In this document: piece after piece, positions 50,328 to 63,483 of the stretch
Layout of the letters: each line of letters starts with the position of its first letter
Numbering within the stretch: position 1 is the first letter of the stretch
Assembly: GCF_001194135.2 (NCBI RefSeq)
Contig: NC_068997.1
Span: 56,499,578-56,563,577, forward strand
Origin: Octopus bimaculoides
Taxonomy: Eukaryota
Length of the DNA: 64,000 nucleotides
Direction of reading: 5' to 3'
Position numbers and translations under genes: made by a program
The notes under the pieces: model-generated
The model's database searches: none
What the model saw: only the letters and a program-made list of their open reading frames with translations
What the model was told of the DNA's origin: nothing

Positions 50328-51000
50328 TTGTGTGTGTCTGTGTGCGCGCGTCTGCGTGCGTCTATATGTATATATACATATATACACAAATGCATATACA
50401 AATGTACATATATAATGTATTCGAATACATGTAAATATTCATATGCGTGTGTGTGAGTGTGTAGGTAGAAGTTTATACACACACACACACATATATATGT
50501 ACAAACATATGCATATATACATGTGTATACATTTATTTTTATATATACGTGTATATATGAAAACACTTTTACATGATTTGCATGTATATATATAGCTATT
50601 AATATCCACGTGCATGTGTACGTGCGTGCGTGTCTCTGTGTGTTGAAAAACAAGAGGCAAAATAATTGGAAATTAAAGAAGAATATTTCTTGCAATGAGG
50701 ATTAATGACACTCCACGTTAAAACGCAGGTTTTGGCGAGTGTTCCTGGTTGCGTTACATGTTGCCTGATCAACAAAACATGCCGAACTTGGAGCATTTAA
50801 ACAAAGAGAATATCGCAGTCAGATCATCTTTAATCTGTATAGCTATCTCTCTATGTTACCCTCTCTTTCTCTATTGTCTTTCTCAGCATACACACACAAC
50901 TATATATATATACGCATCTGTGTGTGAGCATGTACCTGTGTGCTTTGTGTGTGTGTAAGGGTGTGTATATTTCTCATTATCCTACATAGTCCCCTACCAG

Positions 51001-51088
51001 GTGCAGCAGGGATTTGTTGATTCCCCGCAAATGGAAGATGCAGTGAAATATGAAATCCACGGCAAACAAGTGACGCAGAAAAGAAAAC
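51001..51088 (+). CDS. Candidate exon C (88 nt, phase 0 to 1), best-supported exon
   Basis: tttctcattatcctacatagtcccctaccag| ... AAC|gtgagt; only one frame is open: VQQGFVDSPQMEDAVKYEIHGKQVTQKRK. Confidence 0.45.
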
Positions 51089-51407
51089 GTGAGTTTCAGG
51101 GTAAAGAGATCCACAATGATTATTGATTTTAAGATCGGATAGGGACAGCATGGGAAGCATATTGGGAGTAATAACTGATGGTAGAGAGAGAGAGAGGGTG
51201 GGGTGATAGGAAAGGACGTATTGGAAGTGAAAGATTAATGGAGGAGATCAAATGATGAGAAACAGAGAAGCGTTAATTGTCGGAAGCGAGCATGGAAGGA
51301 AGGAATAATATGGAAGAGTGAAAATGTAGGGTTGCAATGAAAACACGATTTGTTAACGGGGTTATAATATAGAGAAGCCAAATGTAATACCAACCCTCGT
51401 TACACAG

Positions 51408-51481
51408 ACGGCATTGTGGCGTGTGGGAACTTGAGTGAACAGAATATTCGTGAAGGAATGCTTCGAAGCAAAGAAAGATAA
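51408..51481 (+). CDS. Candidate terminal exon D (phase 1)
   Basis: ccaaccctcgttacacag| then (H)GIVACGNLSEQNIREGMLRSKER*; phase-compatible with exon C. Confidence 0.25.
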
Positions 51482-51987
51482 ATGAAGAAACAAAGAAAAC
51501 AAGTCTTTTCATTAAAAGAAACAAGGAAATTCAAACAATATCGAAGAAAAAAAATTATATAAAAGTAAATAACAGAATTAAAAAAAAAAACAGGATAAAG
51601 GCAACATTCAAACCCAGAACATAATAAACTAAGAAGGAATGAGAATAAGTTGAACTCCTTTATCTGCAATTGACCGGTTATAAAGACAGGTTTGATTCCC
51701 TCTGAGTATAGTATTGAATCCAGTGGTATTAACACCATGGAGTTGCTAACGTATAGATTCTTGACCACATACACAGGTGCATACACACACACACACTTAC
51801 ATATAGATAATTCATTTGTGTGTTTATAAGACAACCAGTGGTTTCATGTTAATAGAACTTCACAATTGTTCAAGCGTGCCACAAAAAGTGTTAGTAATCG
51901 CTTCCTCTTTGGATGAGGATACATAAGGTTACACGTCCACCAGTGTGTTGTAAAGCACTCAGTCTCACTGTTCGATGTTAGTCTGTA

Positions 51988-52029
<42 letters not shown>

Positions 52030-53374
52030 CATGCAAAACATCATCAAATCTAGCTACATTCACAGTATTAAGCCACATAAAAAATACAGTTTTAATATTT
52101 ACTTATGTAAAATGAAAAAAAAAATCAAGTAAACAAAATTGAAAGATAAAACGAAACCAATGCTAACACAATAAATATAACAAATATAATATTGCCCTTC
52201 TCATATTTATGCAGAAATTTTCTCACCAGGAAATAGCAAAATAAGCAAACCATAAGACAAATTCTTCCTTGATCTTGTTACATTTATTTCCAAATAGCCT
52301 CTAAGGCAAGCATCCTTTTATTTCTAATCTAGATTTTCTGCAAGATAGTTATGTAGGTAGTGTCGTAAACATACGTTTTACTTTCTGTTCTTTTATCTTG
52401 TTCGTGCATTTTTATTCGATTTTGGTGCAAAACTTTTAGATTCTTATCCTTAACATTTTTTGCAGACATTCCTAAAAAATCTCACTGCTTTGTGAAGTGT
52501 AAAAGTTTTGTGTTTGAAGTAAGTTTGATATGTGAAGCTGTGAGAGCTTAGATTTTTCTTCTGCGTATAAGAATATATATTCACACACATACAAACATGC
52601 ACGCACGCTCGTACATACACCCATACAGACATATATGGACATATACGTACGTATACTTTCTATATGCACATATGCAAATATATATGTATGCAAATATTTA
52701 AATATATAGACATATAATTTACATTTATACATTCATACACGAAGAATTTTGTAAGTATATATGCATATGTGATGCGCATACATATGTATTAATAAATAAA
52801 TGTGGTATATGTGTGTATAAAATGTATTATATTGAAAATATGACTATTCTACCAGTTCACTGCCTGCGTAATAACAACAACGACAACCACAACATTGATG
52901 ATGATGATGGTGATGATGATGATCTCTTGTTGCAAATGTTGGCAGGCTGTTTGGCTGGTTTGTCAAGCTACGCTTTATTGTGTCGAGATAGAATTGGGAG
53001 ATAAGGTAAAAGAGAGACGCCAAGAGAGTCAAGGCAAATGGTGCAGGGTGGGTCGTACAATTTTGTGAACAGATTTTTTTCGTAATGAAATTTCGTACAG
53101 ATAGGTTTGCGACGGAGAATAGTGAGATAAGGTTGACCATTCATAGATCGGTTTTAAATATATTTATTTCATATTTATAGATACTTTTCTTCTGAAAATT
53201 AGCTCTCATTTAATCATTCTCCATAAGTATGGGAAAATCTGATAAATGTGAGACTATCTTTATTGTCTGTATGCCCTTAATGCCCACAATATTACTCATC
53301 GAGGTAAATGTTTATTTCTATATCACCCCATCATATGACGGGTAACACTGTAGTAATAGTAGGGAGACAGGATT

Positions 53375-53432
53375 CTTTGGTGCATCGACTCCAGTACTCA
53401 GCAGGTATTTATTTGGATGACCCTGAAAGGTG
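53375..53432 (-). mobile_element. SINE family A-like fragment
   Basis: gcatcgactccagtactcagcaggtatttatttggatgaccctgaaagg. Confidence 0.5.
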
Positions 53433-54430
53433 AATGCCCGTGTAAGGTTGTATGCGTACGTATTGCTTGTATTAATGTATATCTGTCTGTGTGTAGTTGT
53501 GGGTGTATGTATTTGTGTGTGCTTGTAAGTGGATGCGTCTTGATGATTGTATGTGCTTGTGTTTGTGTGTGTAATTGTGTGCTTTTGCATTGGTGTATGT
53601 ATGTGTGTACATTTCCTCAATGCCTATGTAAACTATGTGCGTCTGTTCGTTTTTAAATGGTAAATGGTTTGTGAAAACGTCCGCATGACAAACGTTGAGA
53701 GTCTCAAACACTGGTGGGGGGGGGGTAATTCCATATACACAGGATGATTTCACATTGTCTCTTCCTTTCCTTTAAAAGCCTTTGGGCAAGTATATAGAAT
53801 TATCGAAACATAGAATCATCTAAAGCCTCGTGTTCTATGTGGAACCGGATCTGTTAGACAAATTTTCTGCTGGTTCCATATTCATAGCTGGAAATTGGTG
53901 AAATATATACCATTCCTTTCTTATCACACGTGTATGACGTTTATAGGATTTTGGAAGTCTACAGGAGCCGTGAACACTGTAAATCAAATCTCAATACTAT
54001 TGTAGAATTTGATGAAATATTTTGGATATCAGCCCAGACTTATGGAACGAAAGGTGGCAGCGGTGGCCCTAACAAAGATCATGGAAGCAGCTTTGCCTGT
54101 CAAGCTAAATAAAAATATAAAATAAATTAAATAACAACAACAATAAGTGATGATGATGATGATAGTAATGAGGATGACGTCAATGATGTTGCGTTCTTTC
54201 ACTTGGCATAAAACCACACATAATTACTAGAGGAACTCTAACAGAATCCATTTGAATCTATTATTAGTGGAATTTCGTTTATCTCCAGTGGTGTTCGGTG
54301 CAAGATTGAAATTGACAGCAGTCACTTGCAACACTTATTGTCATTAATTATTAGCGACTAAAAACAACCACTTCATTGTGAATCTCTTCTGCGAGCCCTT
54401 ATTTTGGGTGGCAAACTGGATTAAAAATTT

Positions 54431-54625
54431 AGATGGCCTGAATTATTAGTCAGACAATATTCTGTGCGGTATTTGTTGCAGCTCCTTACATTCTGAGTTG
54501 AAATCCTACTTGAGGTGAACTTTGCCTTTTGTACTTCGTGGGGTCGATTTAGTACCACTCAAATAGTTGGGTCAATGTAATTGATTTGTCTCCTTACTTC
54601 AAAACTGAGCCAAAATTAGAAACGA
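54431..54625 (+). mobile_element. SINE family A, old degenerate copy
   Basis: ttacattctgagttgaaatcc...gaactttgccttttg...ggggtcgatttagtacca. Confidence 0.7.
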
Positions 54626-55689
54626 TTCTTCTTTTTATTATTATTACTATTATTATTATTCCGTTCCTCCTACTTGCAAAATCAGCTTCAATGTTTCAAA
54701 ACCATTCAAATAGATGAGTTAGTGTGTGCTGCTGCCTCATGTCATATCCATTTCTCTCAGTTCACTCCCAACTTCCCTACCTAGAGATGGCTTTGGGCTG
54801 TTCAGGCTTTTATTCCCAGTTGGTGTCTATCTCAATTTTACCTTTCGTATCCTGTACCATTCCATTCTGGAAGCACGGTCACACAGTCTGATCCAGTAAC
54901 ATTTTATTTCAAGCACTAGAGGCTTGTAACTCTCTAGCAGTAGGTAAATTCTTTAAATCATGGAAATATTTGTGTCAGCAATTTGGAGAAAGAAAATAGA
55001 AACTAGTCACTTCAATTACAACTTCAGCAATTTTAGTCAGACATTTTAATTATGTCTCACCGTATTCTAAAGTTAATTCTGAAAGCACCCAACAGAACTT
55101 TACTAAAAGTGATGCTTGCATGGATTTGTTTAAAAGTTCAAAGGACAGATCTATTAATTCAAATGTCTCCAGTTGAAAGGAACATGCAGTGTGAATACAG
55201 TATCTAAATCTCTGCAAATTTGATATGGTTGGATACCCACAATATTTGGCTCTGAATCATACCTGCAGCTGGACACCTGCCATATTTTGCTCCCAAATTA
55301 TTATACTTGACTCTAAATAAACACCTAACTGAGTTTCATTCATTTGCTTCCTATTGGGTTAACTATTAAATTTGCATCATAATGGAAGACAATTTTATAT
55401 GATAGCTGCCATAGAAAATACAATACGCCCTTGGCATTAATTTGATAGCTGATAGAATTACTGCTCCACCATGAACTAAGGTATTCCTCTGTTACAGGTA
55501 TTTATATCAAATTCTCTACCCTAAGGGTAACTGTAAAGTGTTTTGACAATGATTGACTCTGCTGAACTACTTTTGAGTCTGGAAAAGTAGTAATTTGGGT
55601 CAATGAGAACGATTTCAATATTAAAGTGAAGTAGAAACAAAAATAAATGTTTACATTATTTACATTTTGTCCTCATCTTGTTTGTTGTT

Positions 55690-55735
55690 AACACAATGTT
55701 TCGGCTGATATACCCGCCAGCCTTCATCAGGAGTC
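55690..55735 (-). ncRNA. Hammerhead motif, inverted arm
   Basis: GACUC CUGAUGA A GGCUG..CAGCC GAAAC AUU GUGUU; G-to-A change in the palindrome and one stem I mismatch. Confidence 0.55.
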
Positions 55736-55782
55736 TTGGGGTAATTTCGAACCGAGCTTCTCATATCTAAGGTATTTTTTGA

Positions 55783-55814
<32 letters not shown>

Positions 55815-55990
55815 TCACTGCCTGGAATCGAACTCGGAATCTTGGGCATATGGCGTAGTGGTTAAGATCCCGGGCTGCTAACCCCAAGATTCCGAGTTCG
55901 ATTCCAAGCAGTGACCTGAATAATAATAACAACAACAATAACATCGAAAAATACCTTTGGAATTAGAACCCAGGTTCGAAATTTCGCTAA

Positions 55991-56036
55991 GACACCCAAT
56001 GAAAGCTGGAGGGTATATCAGCCGAAACGTTGCGTT
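55991..56036 (+). ncRNA. Hammerhead motif, sense arm, core mutated
   Basis: GACAC CCAAUGA A AGCUG..CAGCC GAAAC GUU GCGUU; the U4/G5 changes predict inactivity. Confidence 0.4.
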
Positions 56037-56484
56037 AACAACAAATAAGATGAGGACAAATATCCGTCAAATGTAAAAAATGTACATAATTCCTCTTCTC
56101 TTAAATATAGAACTGAAAAATAAATGTGTTTCTTGTTAAGCCCTCATTAGGTTTTGTGAAAGGCCTAACTTTGGTCTCCTTCTGTTGAGATGACCGACCT
56201 CCGTATGCCCTAGAGAATGTCTTGAGAAGATCAAAGAATAAGTCCATTTACATTTTTTCTAAGTCACATTACTTAATGTTTTCTTTGCCCCCTTCTCGAT
56301 TATATCCTGGGGGCAAAGAAACGCTGTTCACTTTGACAAACTTCTCCCCTGCTACAATTTGATTTCAAAACGTTTTTTTAATTTAGGGGCGAATGCTTTA
56401 ATACCGCTGTTATATGAACGGACTTCTGTATTTGAAATCGTAAGACTTGCTGTTACTGTTGTAGTTATTATCATTATCTTAGTG

Positions 56485-56698
56485 AGAGGGTGGGTTTGCA
56501 GAATTGTTTAACACACTGGGGAAAATTCTTTGCGGCATTTCGCCTGTCTTTACGTCCCGAGTTCAAATTCCGCCGAGGTCGACTTTGCCTCTCATCCCTT
56601 TGGGGTCGATAAAATGAGTACCAGTTGAGTACTAGGGTCGATGTAATCAATTTAGCTCTCCCTCCGAAATTGCTGGCCTTGTGCCAAACGTTGAAACC
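56485..56698 (+). mobile_element. SINE family A, full length
   Basis: Full match to the A consensus. Confidence 0.9.
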
Positions 56699-58099
56699 GT
56701 TATTATCATTATTATCACTGATTTTAGAATTACCTCTATGAGTATCTGTGATGTTTTCTATTAAATATTCACAGTTAATTTTCTTCTTCTACAATCAAAT
56801 GTATGTTTCGGTTTCCTGCTGTTTTATTGCCTTTGTAGCATAATTATGTGCGACTGGGTGAGGAACCGTAATGTTTATTGATATAATGTTTAAAGAATGT
56901 GAAATAACATCTTTGCTGTCTACTCCCGGGTATGAAGGGCAGGCTTCCCTTAGGCAATTATACTTCCTTTTACAAGAATTCCAATGAAAATTCCATTTAG
57001 CAATGTTTGAATAGATCGTATTTTGTTGAGAGAGGCAAAAAGACATTACACGAGAGTCAATGATGATGGCAATGATGATGATGATAACAACAACAACAAC
57101 AACTGCAGCAACAACTACCTTCTTCTGACTAAAATTGGCTATGTATCTATGGAAGAAATCAATAATTTTGTGGATTCCATAGTCACTCTATAATAACACT
57201 AAAAAAAAAAAAAAAAAAAAAAACTATATTCATCAGAAGATTTTTAGGTGTTGATATGTACTTAGCAGCATTGGCACCAATCTTTGGCTAAGATGACAGA
57301 ACAAGTTTCTTTTAGTTACTTCAAATCAGGAACACGATGCTATGACTTTAGCATTTTGGCAGAGTTTGTAAAAATGTTTCCTGTGATACCTAAATGGCTG
57401 GAAGCTAATAATTTAAACTATATTTCTCTATCTCCAGTTTGCTATCACTTCAAATTTTCACTTTCGTTTTAAATTCTATTATTATTATTATTGTTGTTAT
57501 TACTGTTATTATTATCATCATCATTGGCAAAAATAACGATCAAAATTATTGAAAAGAATAGTCAAAAGGAAAGGAAATTTATGATGTGTGAGATCTCAGA
57601 GGGAAGTTGGTTAAAATAGCTTCAAAACACTCAATAAAAATTCTGAAACCTGCTTTCAACTTGGAATTTGTTCCTTCAATGAAGTGAATGGAGAAATATG
57701 TAATTTATGAAAACTATTGATTGTGGAGCTGAAAAATGGTCAAGTTGATTAAGTGCTGGCTGAACTATTGAAGGGTTGATAATGCAAAACTTGATACCGC
57801 TGTTAATGTAATCTGCTGATGGCATCGACTGTTTTGGTTTCACTTGTCTAAGAGGAGGGGGAAAGATAATGTGTAGAAGACATTGGTATAGACCCTCCTC
57901 ATCTGCATACCTTTCCTTCTTCTCTCAGCTATTCACTTAAAATACGGAAAATGCAAAACACAAATGACCATAAGCATTATGCGGAGGTTCATTGTACAGA
58001 AAAAACCGCAAAGATCTCTAATTGTTGGTGTTGCTACATTTTGGTCTCAGACAAAAGCAGAAAACGAATATTGTTTTGTTGTCTTTGTTTTGCTTCTAG

Positions 58100-58148
58100 A
58101 GGAAGACGTATCACGTGACATGAGAGGCATTGCCTGTTTTAAAGAGAT
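58100..58148 (+). CDS. Candidate exon E (49 nt, phase 1 to 2)
   Basis: ttttgttgtctttgttttgcttctag| ... GAT|gtaagt; open frame (Q)EDVSRDMRGIACFKE; phase-compatible with exon C. Confidence 0.35.
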
Positions 58149-58489
58149 GTAAGTCTACAGTGTCCAGAAGAAATTTTAATTAAGTTGATTGCGTGTAATT
58201 TGAAGGAAATCTTTAGTTCCATTACATTGAAAGACTCTGTAGAATCTACCTGTTTGGGAGATGCACAAGCGTATCAAAGCTCCTTAGAGTTATCCGGCAT
58301 GGCTAAAAACATTCTTTAAAAAAACATCCCTAATTTTCTGATATTCTATTGTACATGTTATATTTTGTTTGTTATTGTCCTACCTCAGAGGAACAACTAT
58401 AGACCCACAAGTATTTTTATTGCTTCATTCTCTGGTGGAGAGAAAACAATCCCAGTGATCTAACACTTTTAAGCACGCACAGAAAGACA

Positions 58490-58532
<43 letters not shown>

Positions 58533-58534
<2 letters not shown>

Positions 58535-58745
58535 TGTGTGTATGTGTCCTCCTCGCCACATCATATGCTAGTTGTAAATGAGCAACATGGTCGAGTAAGG
58601 GATGTCATTTGATTCCAATCATCCATGTAAATGTGTCTGGCCTTAGGAAGGCAATGCTTTGCTCTGTAAAACTGTAATTGCTGAGAGTTTATGCAAGGAA
58701 AGGCATCTGGCTCCAGAAAATCTACCTTGATCTATGCAAGCAAGC
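58533..58745 (+). mobile_element. SINE-like family I, 3' part, after (TA)n
   Basis: cacatcatatgctagttgtaaatgagca...gtctggcc...ggaaaggcatctggctccagaaaatctacc; parallels the 63.3 kb copy. Confidence 0.55.
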
Positions 58746-58784
58746 AAGATTCGTCTATTGTGTAAGTGTGTGCACACGCCTGTG

Positions 58785-58825
<41 letters not shown>

Positions 58826-58829
58826 ATAT

Positions 58830-58947
58830 GTGCTGATGCTGTGTTTACAGCAATTTAAAGTCTTATAACTTATGAGTTCTTAGAAAAAAATAAGTGCTCC
58901 AGCATGGACGCAGAGCAATGTCTGAACCCAGTAAAAGAAGGAATAAA
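58830..58947 (+). mobile_element. Family E fragment
   Basis: gtgctccagcatggacgcagagcaatgtctgaacccagtaaaaga. Confidence 0.6.
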
Positions 58948-60679
58948 ACTTAACATTTTAGTCAGCCGAAATACAATGCGAACCTGGAGCGATAAGTTCA
59001 CAAGTTGTTATTTATAAAAGCTAATCTATCGATGAGCCATTTACTGTTCCCCCAGCACCTCATTAAAAGCGGTTGTTGTTGTTGTTGTCGTTGGCGGTGG
59101 TGGTGGTTTTGATAGGCTTAAGCTGTATCTTCTTATTTTTCTCTCTTTTTCTTCCCATAAACCAAACGACCATGAATCTCCAGCTCAAAGCGTTCGCTTA
59201 TTTAATTCTCTCATTCCGGTTTACCTTTGTGATTCTCTTTTTTCTGTTTGCTTTCTGTATACGTATTAAGCAATGGTATTATACACAGCTCTGTTCAAGG
59301 AAAAACAGCACCTCTCCTGAGTCCTTCTTTCTAATCTGTGTTTCTGCATCTAACATGCTAGCTGATTATTTATTTAAACTAATAACCACCTATTTCCAGT
59401 GCAGTTAATACATCTATAAACAACAAATCCAATTATGGGCCATAAATTATCTATTAAAACTGACTCTCTTTTGCAGCAACACTTATCAGGTTGTAATGCA
59501 ATCAGGAATTTTATTGTTATTAAATTTGTTAAGGGATATTGGTAAATTTGGACATTTAATGGAAATAATTCATATAGACCCACTGTTTTGTTATCGTTTT
59601 AGTGTTGTTTTGAGGCGTGGTATGTGCTGTAGTCTTCTTGGCTTCGTAAAACTGACACCTGGGGAAATTTCTATTTTCCAGTTCAAATTCGACTTTGGTA
59701 AATGTGGACATACACAGGAATTGATCAATTATTGGCCACATCAACTCTTGACTATTCTAAATGTTACTGTTAGAATATACAAGAGAACTTAGAAATCTGA
59801 AGTGCTTTAACCAAAAATATAGAAAAACTCTATCTTTTGGAGACGTACTGTGTCGAAGTGTAAAGTGACTAGAGACCTGACTGGAGAACAAGTTTATGTA
59901 TTTCTTTAAAGATCATTTAGTTTTATTTGAAGTTCCCTGATGCCTATTTGAAGAATATTTATGTGAACCTAATGGCAATAAATGAATGCAAAATGGGAAA
60001 CTGAAGACAAAAAGAATATATTGAAATACATAAACAGATAACACATTGTTTGAAGTTTTATGTCCTTCAAACCCAATCATTTCTTTTTCTCCCTCATTCC
60101 TGGGTTTCACTCATTATTCATGCTCCTCACCCGTTTCTCTTGACTCATTATTCACTGTTTCTTTTTCTTTGATGTCGTTCACCTGCCCTTGTAGTTTCTT
60201 GAAAACCTCCCTTATTATCTTTGTTTATATTTGTAAAGTTACTTTCGTTTCTATCTAAAACTACTCAAAGACAGAAGCAAGCAAGCAACTGTCAGAATTC
60301 ATCTCAGTGTCTTTTACCAGAATTAAAAAAAAGAAAAGAAACCCAAGAAAGCCGTACGCAGATAGATTTTGAAATTTGGAGTTAAATGCTTTTCAATAAT
60401 ATATTTAGGAAAACAGTGAGAAGCTCTATTGTTGTATGATTTACTTCATTTTCCCTCCACACACTGGCACTCGTAAAAAAAACCCAGAAAAGGCAGTGTT
60501 ATGTTTCTTAAGGTATTAGTAACAGCTGCTGCCGAGGTACTTAGAACGAAGTTATTAAATGTTTTAATGCCATTAAGTGCCTTTTATCTAAGAAGACAAG
60601 AAAAAAATTTAATATACGGCAAAATGATATGAATTTTATTCAATTTAAAAATAATGTATTCTAATTTAGATACAATGCT

Positions 60680-60848
60680 TGCAATTTTATAGGGTGTGGC
60701 TTAATTGACAACATCGCCCCCTCCTCTAATACTTTATTTTATTGACTCCGAAAGGATGAAAGGCAAAGATGACTTGGGCGGGATCTGAGCTTAATATATA
60801 AAGACAATAAATTCTGAAAATGCTTTCTGACGATCTAACATTTCCGCC
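60680..60848 (-). mobile_element. SINE family A, degenerate
   Basis: ttattttattgactccgaaaggatgaaaggcaaagatgacttgggcgggatctgagc. Confidence 0.7.
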
Positions 60849-61029
60849 ATATTTAATTCAATTTGAAAGAAATAAAATTTTATAAAAAGCATTGTAGAAG
60901 CTCTTATTATTGTTTTGATTGTTATTGTTTACTACTAGGTAGACACTAATAAAAAAAAAAAAAGATTGCGTTTTTTCTATATTTGTCCAAAATATCTATT
61001 ATTTAAGATAGTAAGACTTAATTTTACAG

Positions 61030-61175
61030 AAATTGGCTGCTATGTCTAGCAATCCAGTGGCCTTCTGAACTTATTCAGTGAACTGTTGGCGTTTCAATAG
61101 GTTTCTATTAAAATACTTTTGAGAGCAGTACTCCAGTGTGGCCGCATTTTAATGATTGAAACCAATACATGAAAT
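61030..61175 (+). mobile_element. Family E, degenerate
   Basis: gagcagtactccagtgtggccgcattttaatgattgaaacc. Confidence 0.5.
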
Positions 61176-61567
61176 ATAAAGCAGGATGTGGTCGATACTT
61201 GACATGCAGGATTGTGGTCGATACTTGTGTACAGAAGATTACAAACATGTGTTAAAGGCTGACATCTGTAGATGGGAGGTTAAGAAAGAGGGAGAGGTCG
61301 CTCTGCTGAAAAGAACGTCCATTTAGAGATTAGGTCAGAACTAACAGTCTGATAGGGATGGAGTTCGCCAAACTCTCTGAATTTCTAAACCAAGTGTCTA
61401 AACCAGTTGTGATTAAAAAATTTGCTTCACTATCTCTGAGTAGCATCTTGAGCAAGTATCTCGTAGCATCTATTTGAGTGAACATTTGTAGGAGCAAAAA
61501 TGATAACAAGAAACCGCATAGAAGGTCATTAGACAGATTGTACGCGTAATTTCAAAGCCCATCTTCA

Positions 61568-61569
<2 letters not shown>

Positions 61570-61626
<57 letters not shown>
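61570..61626. repeat. (CA)n microsatellite
   Basis: Directly visible. Confidence 0.95.
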
Positions 61627-61627
<1 letters not shown>

Positions 61628-61917
61628 TGTACCTGGTTGAGTCTAGATGAGAATTATGTAAAAGCTATGCCTAACTATGGTACAGTTGATAACATTCGTA
61701 GTAATTCTTTAATCACAAGTTAATTCTTTAATCAGATAGTTTAGTTAATGGAACAAGTGAATATCCATTGTCAAAACTGATAGAGATTCATTTGACTGTC
61801 CAGGAAATGTCAATGCGAATCATCCATAAAGAAAAAAAGCACATCTTTTGGTATGTTCTTTATTATGATCCTCAAATCCAAGGGTCACCTTGTACTGAGA
61901 CCTCCATAGGGTTCCTC

Positions 61918-62100
61918 ACCATGCTAGAAATAGCAGCAGTTAAATTTCTCCTTCATGATATCCTATTGTCTTGCAAAAGGCTAAGTTTAGCGGAGTTAAT
62001 GTAATATAATGGATTCGCGGTGTCTGATAGGGTGGTCATGGCTGAAATACTTTCCAGTTGAAGCTTGTTCAGTGAGCGCCGACCTGGGTCTATACAACAG
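61918..62100 (+). mobile_element. Family H copy
   Basis: ccatgctagaaatagcagc...gggtggtcatggctgaaa...gacctgggtctatacaac. Confidence 0.6.
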
Positions 62101-63244
62101 TTAGTAGATCAAAACATAATTGACAAACCATATTGATTACCGAGGAAAACCAATCATCCGCATAAAACAAATGCCTATGTGGATGTTTGACCTTCTAGAA
62201 ATACCAGCTAATCTTCCTTATGTCACACTTTATGGTCATGAACAAAAGATGAACACACTGAACGTATTAACCGCGTGCACGCGCACACACACAAACACAC
62301 CTAACTTGTTCCTTAACCTTAACTTGATGCAACTGAGTGGTGGTGATCACATCTGGAACGCCATTTATCTTGAATCGTCATCAGAGTTGACCATTTTAAA
62401 CACCATCAACTAAGGTACTGTTACATCTTTATAATCAAATTAAAATTGATAAGCAAGAAAGCAAAAAGAGGCTTTCATTCGTCGCCACAAACTCCATACA
62501 CATTCTCCCCCCTTCTCTTGAAGTTATTCATGTTTCATTATTTTTTCACCAGTCATTATTAATTTCTTGTAATCATCTCAGAATCGCTATTGTTTTCTCC
62601 TCTCACTCTTCTGCGAATGACACTTTACATTACAGAAAAATGTTGCCACTGTCATCACCAGTATTTTTTTACATTTCAAATTTAGAGATGTCAAGATGGG
62701 GAAAATATGCAAAACCTAGATAACTACTGAAGAAGAATTGAAAGCGAATGGAAAGAAATGGTAAATATATTATCACCGAGGGAGTCATAACATTTATGAA
62801 GACATGTTTTTTAGGAATATAAACGCCATTAAACATCTTATTTTATTGGCTCACGTAAATGTTTCTATCTTTAATATACTGCTGCAGTAAGATGAATGTT
62901 AAACTGTTATCATCCAATAAAATTTACCGTATATAATTGTAATACGGTACATACATGCATACACGCACACACACACACACACACACACGTGTGTTTGTGT
63001 GTGTAAGCATGTTTATGTATGCATGTGTATACATAAGTATGTGTATACATATGTGCGCGTGTATGTGTGTGAATGAATGTAGGGGTATATAACTGACCGG
63101 AAAGCAGAAAACACAATAGACTAGATCTATGTGATGGTACCACTAATATACATAATGATAAGCAAATTCGTGGAAACTGCTGGGCAATTTTGCTCTTAGC
63201 GATAGAGGGAAATATATATTCAGTTGAAACTTCGACCAAAGGCA

Positions 63245-63483
63245 ATATCTTGACATCACGTGATAAATGCAAACAAGTGTCACCGTTATAGTAGCGACAT
63301 CATTTGTTTTGTTTTTTTCTAATCTTTTCATGGAAACAAATCTGGCCATGGATACATGTTACCTTGTTCCGAAACAAAACAGCATTTGCGATAGGAAGGG
63401 CATCCAATGGTAGAAAATAAAACGAGCTCCATCATTTCGCCTGACCCAATGAAGTATGGAGAAAATGGACGTTATAATCATGA
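63245..63483 (+). mobile_element. SINE-like family I copy
   Basis: cttgacatcacgtgat...tctggccatgg...aggaagggcatccaatggtagaaaa...ggacgttataatcatgat; tail shared with family B. Confidence 0.6.

Larger units (their letters stand above)
55651..56115 (+). mobile_element. Family G palindromic insertion (inverted partial arm plus full copy) with 12-bp TSD
   Basis: Arm 55651-55846 is the reverse complement of 55883-56084. A box tggcgtagtgg 55851-61, B box gagttcgattcc 55894-905, tail 56085-115. AAAAATAAATGT at 55639-50 and 56116-27. Confidence 0.95.

Noticed and set aside
55150-55530. Possible second RTE remnant on the minus strand (VENLI, ILWVSNHI..EI)
   Set aside because: Similarity too faint to support without a profile search.
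55844-55920. tRNA-Ser gene call for the family G head
   Set aside because: No acceptor stem closure or long variable arm, and it is embedded in a repeated element; a SINE head, not a tRNA gene.
61181-61227. ~26-bp direct duplication gcagga(t)tgtggtcgatacttg
   Set aside because: Simple slippage duplication with no element between the copies.
62686-62760. AG/GT-bounded 75-nt segment
   Set aside because: Stops in all three frames.
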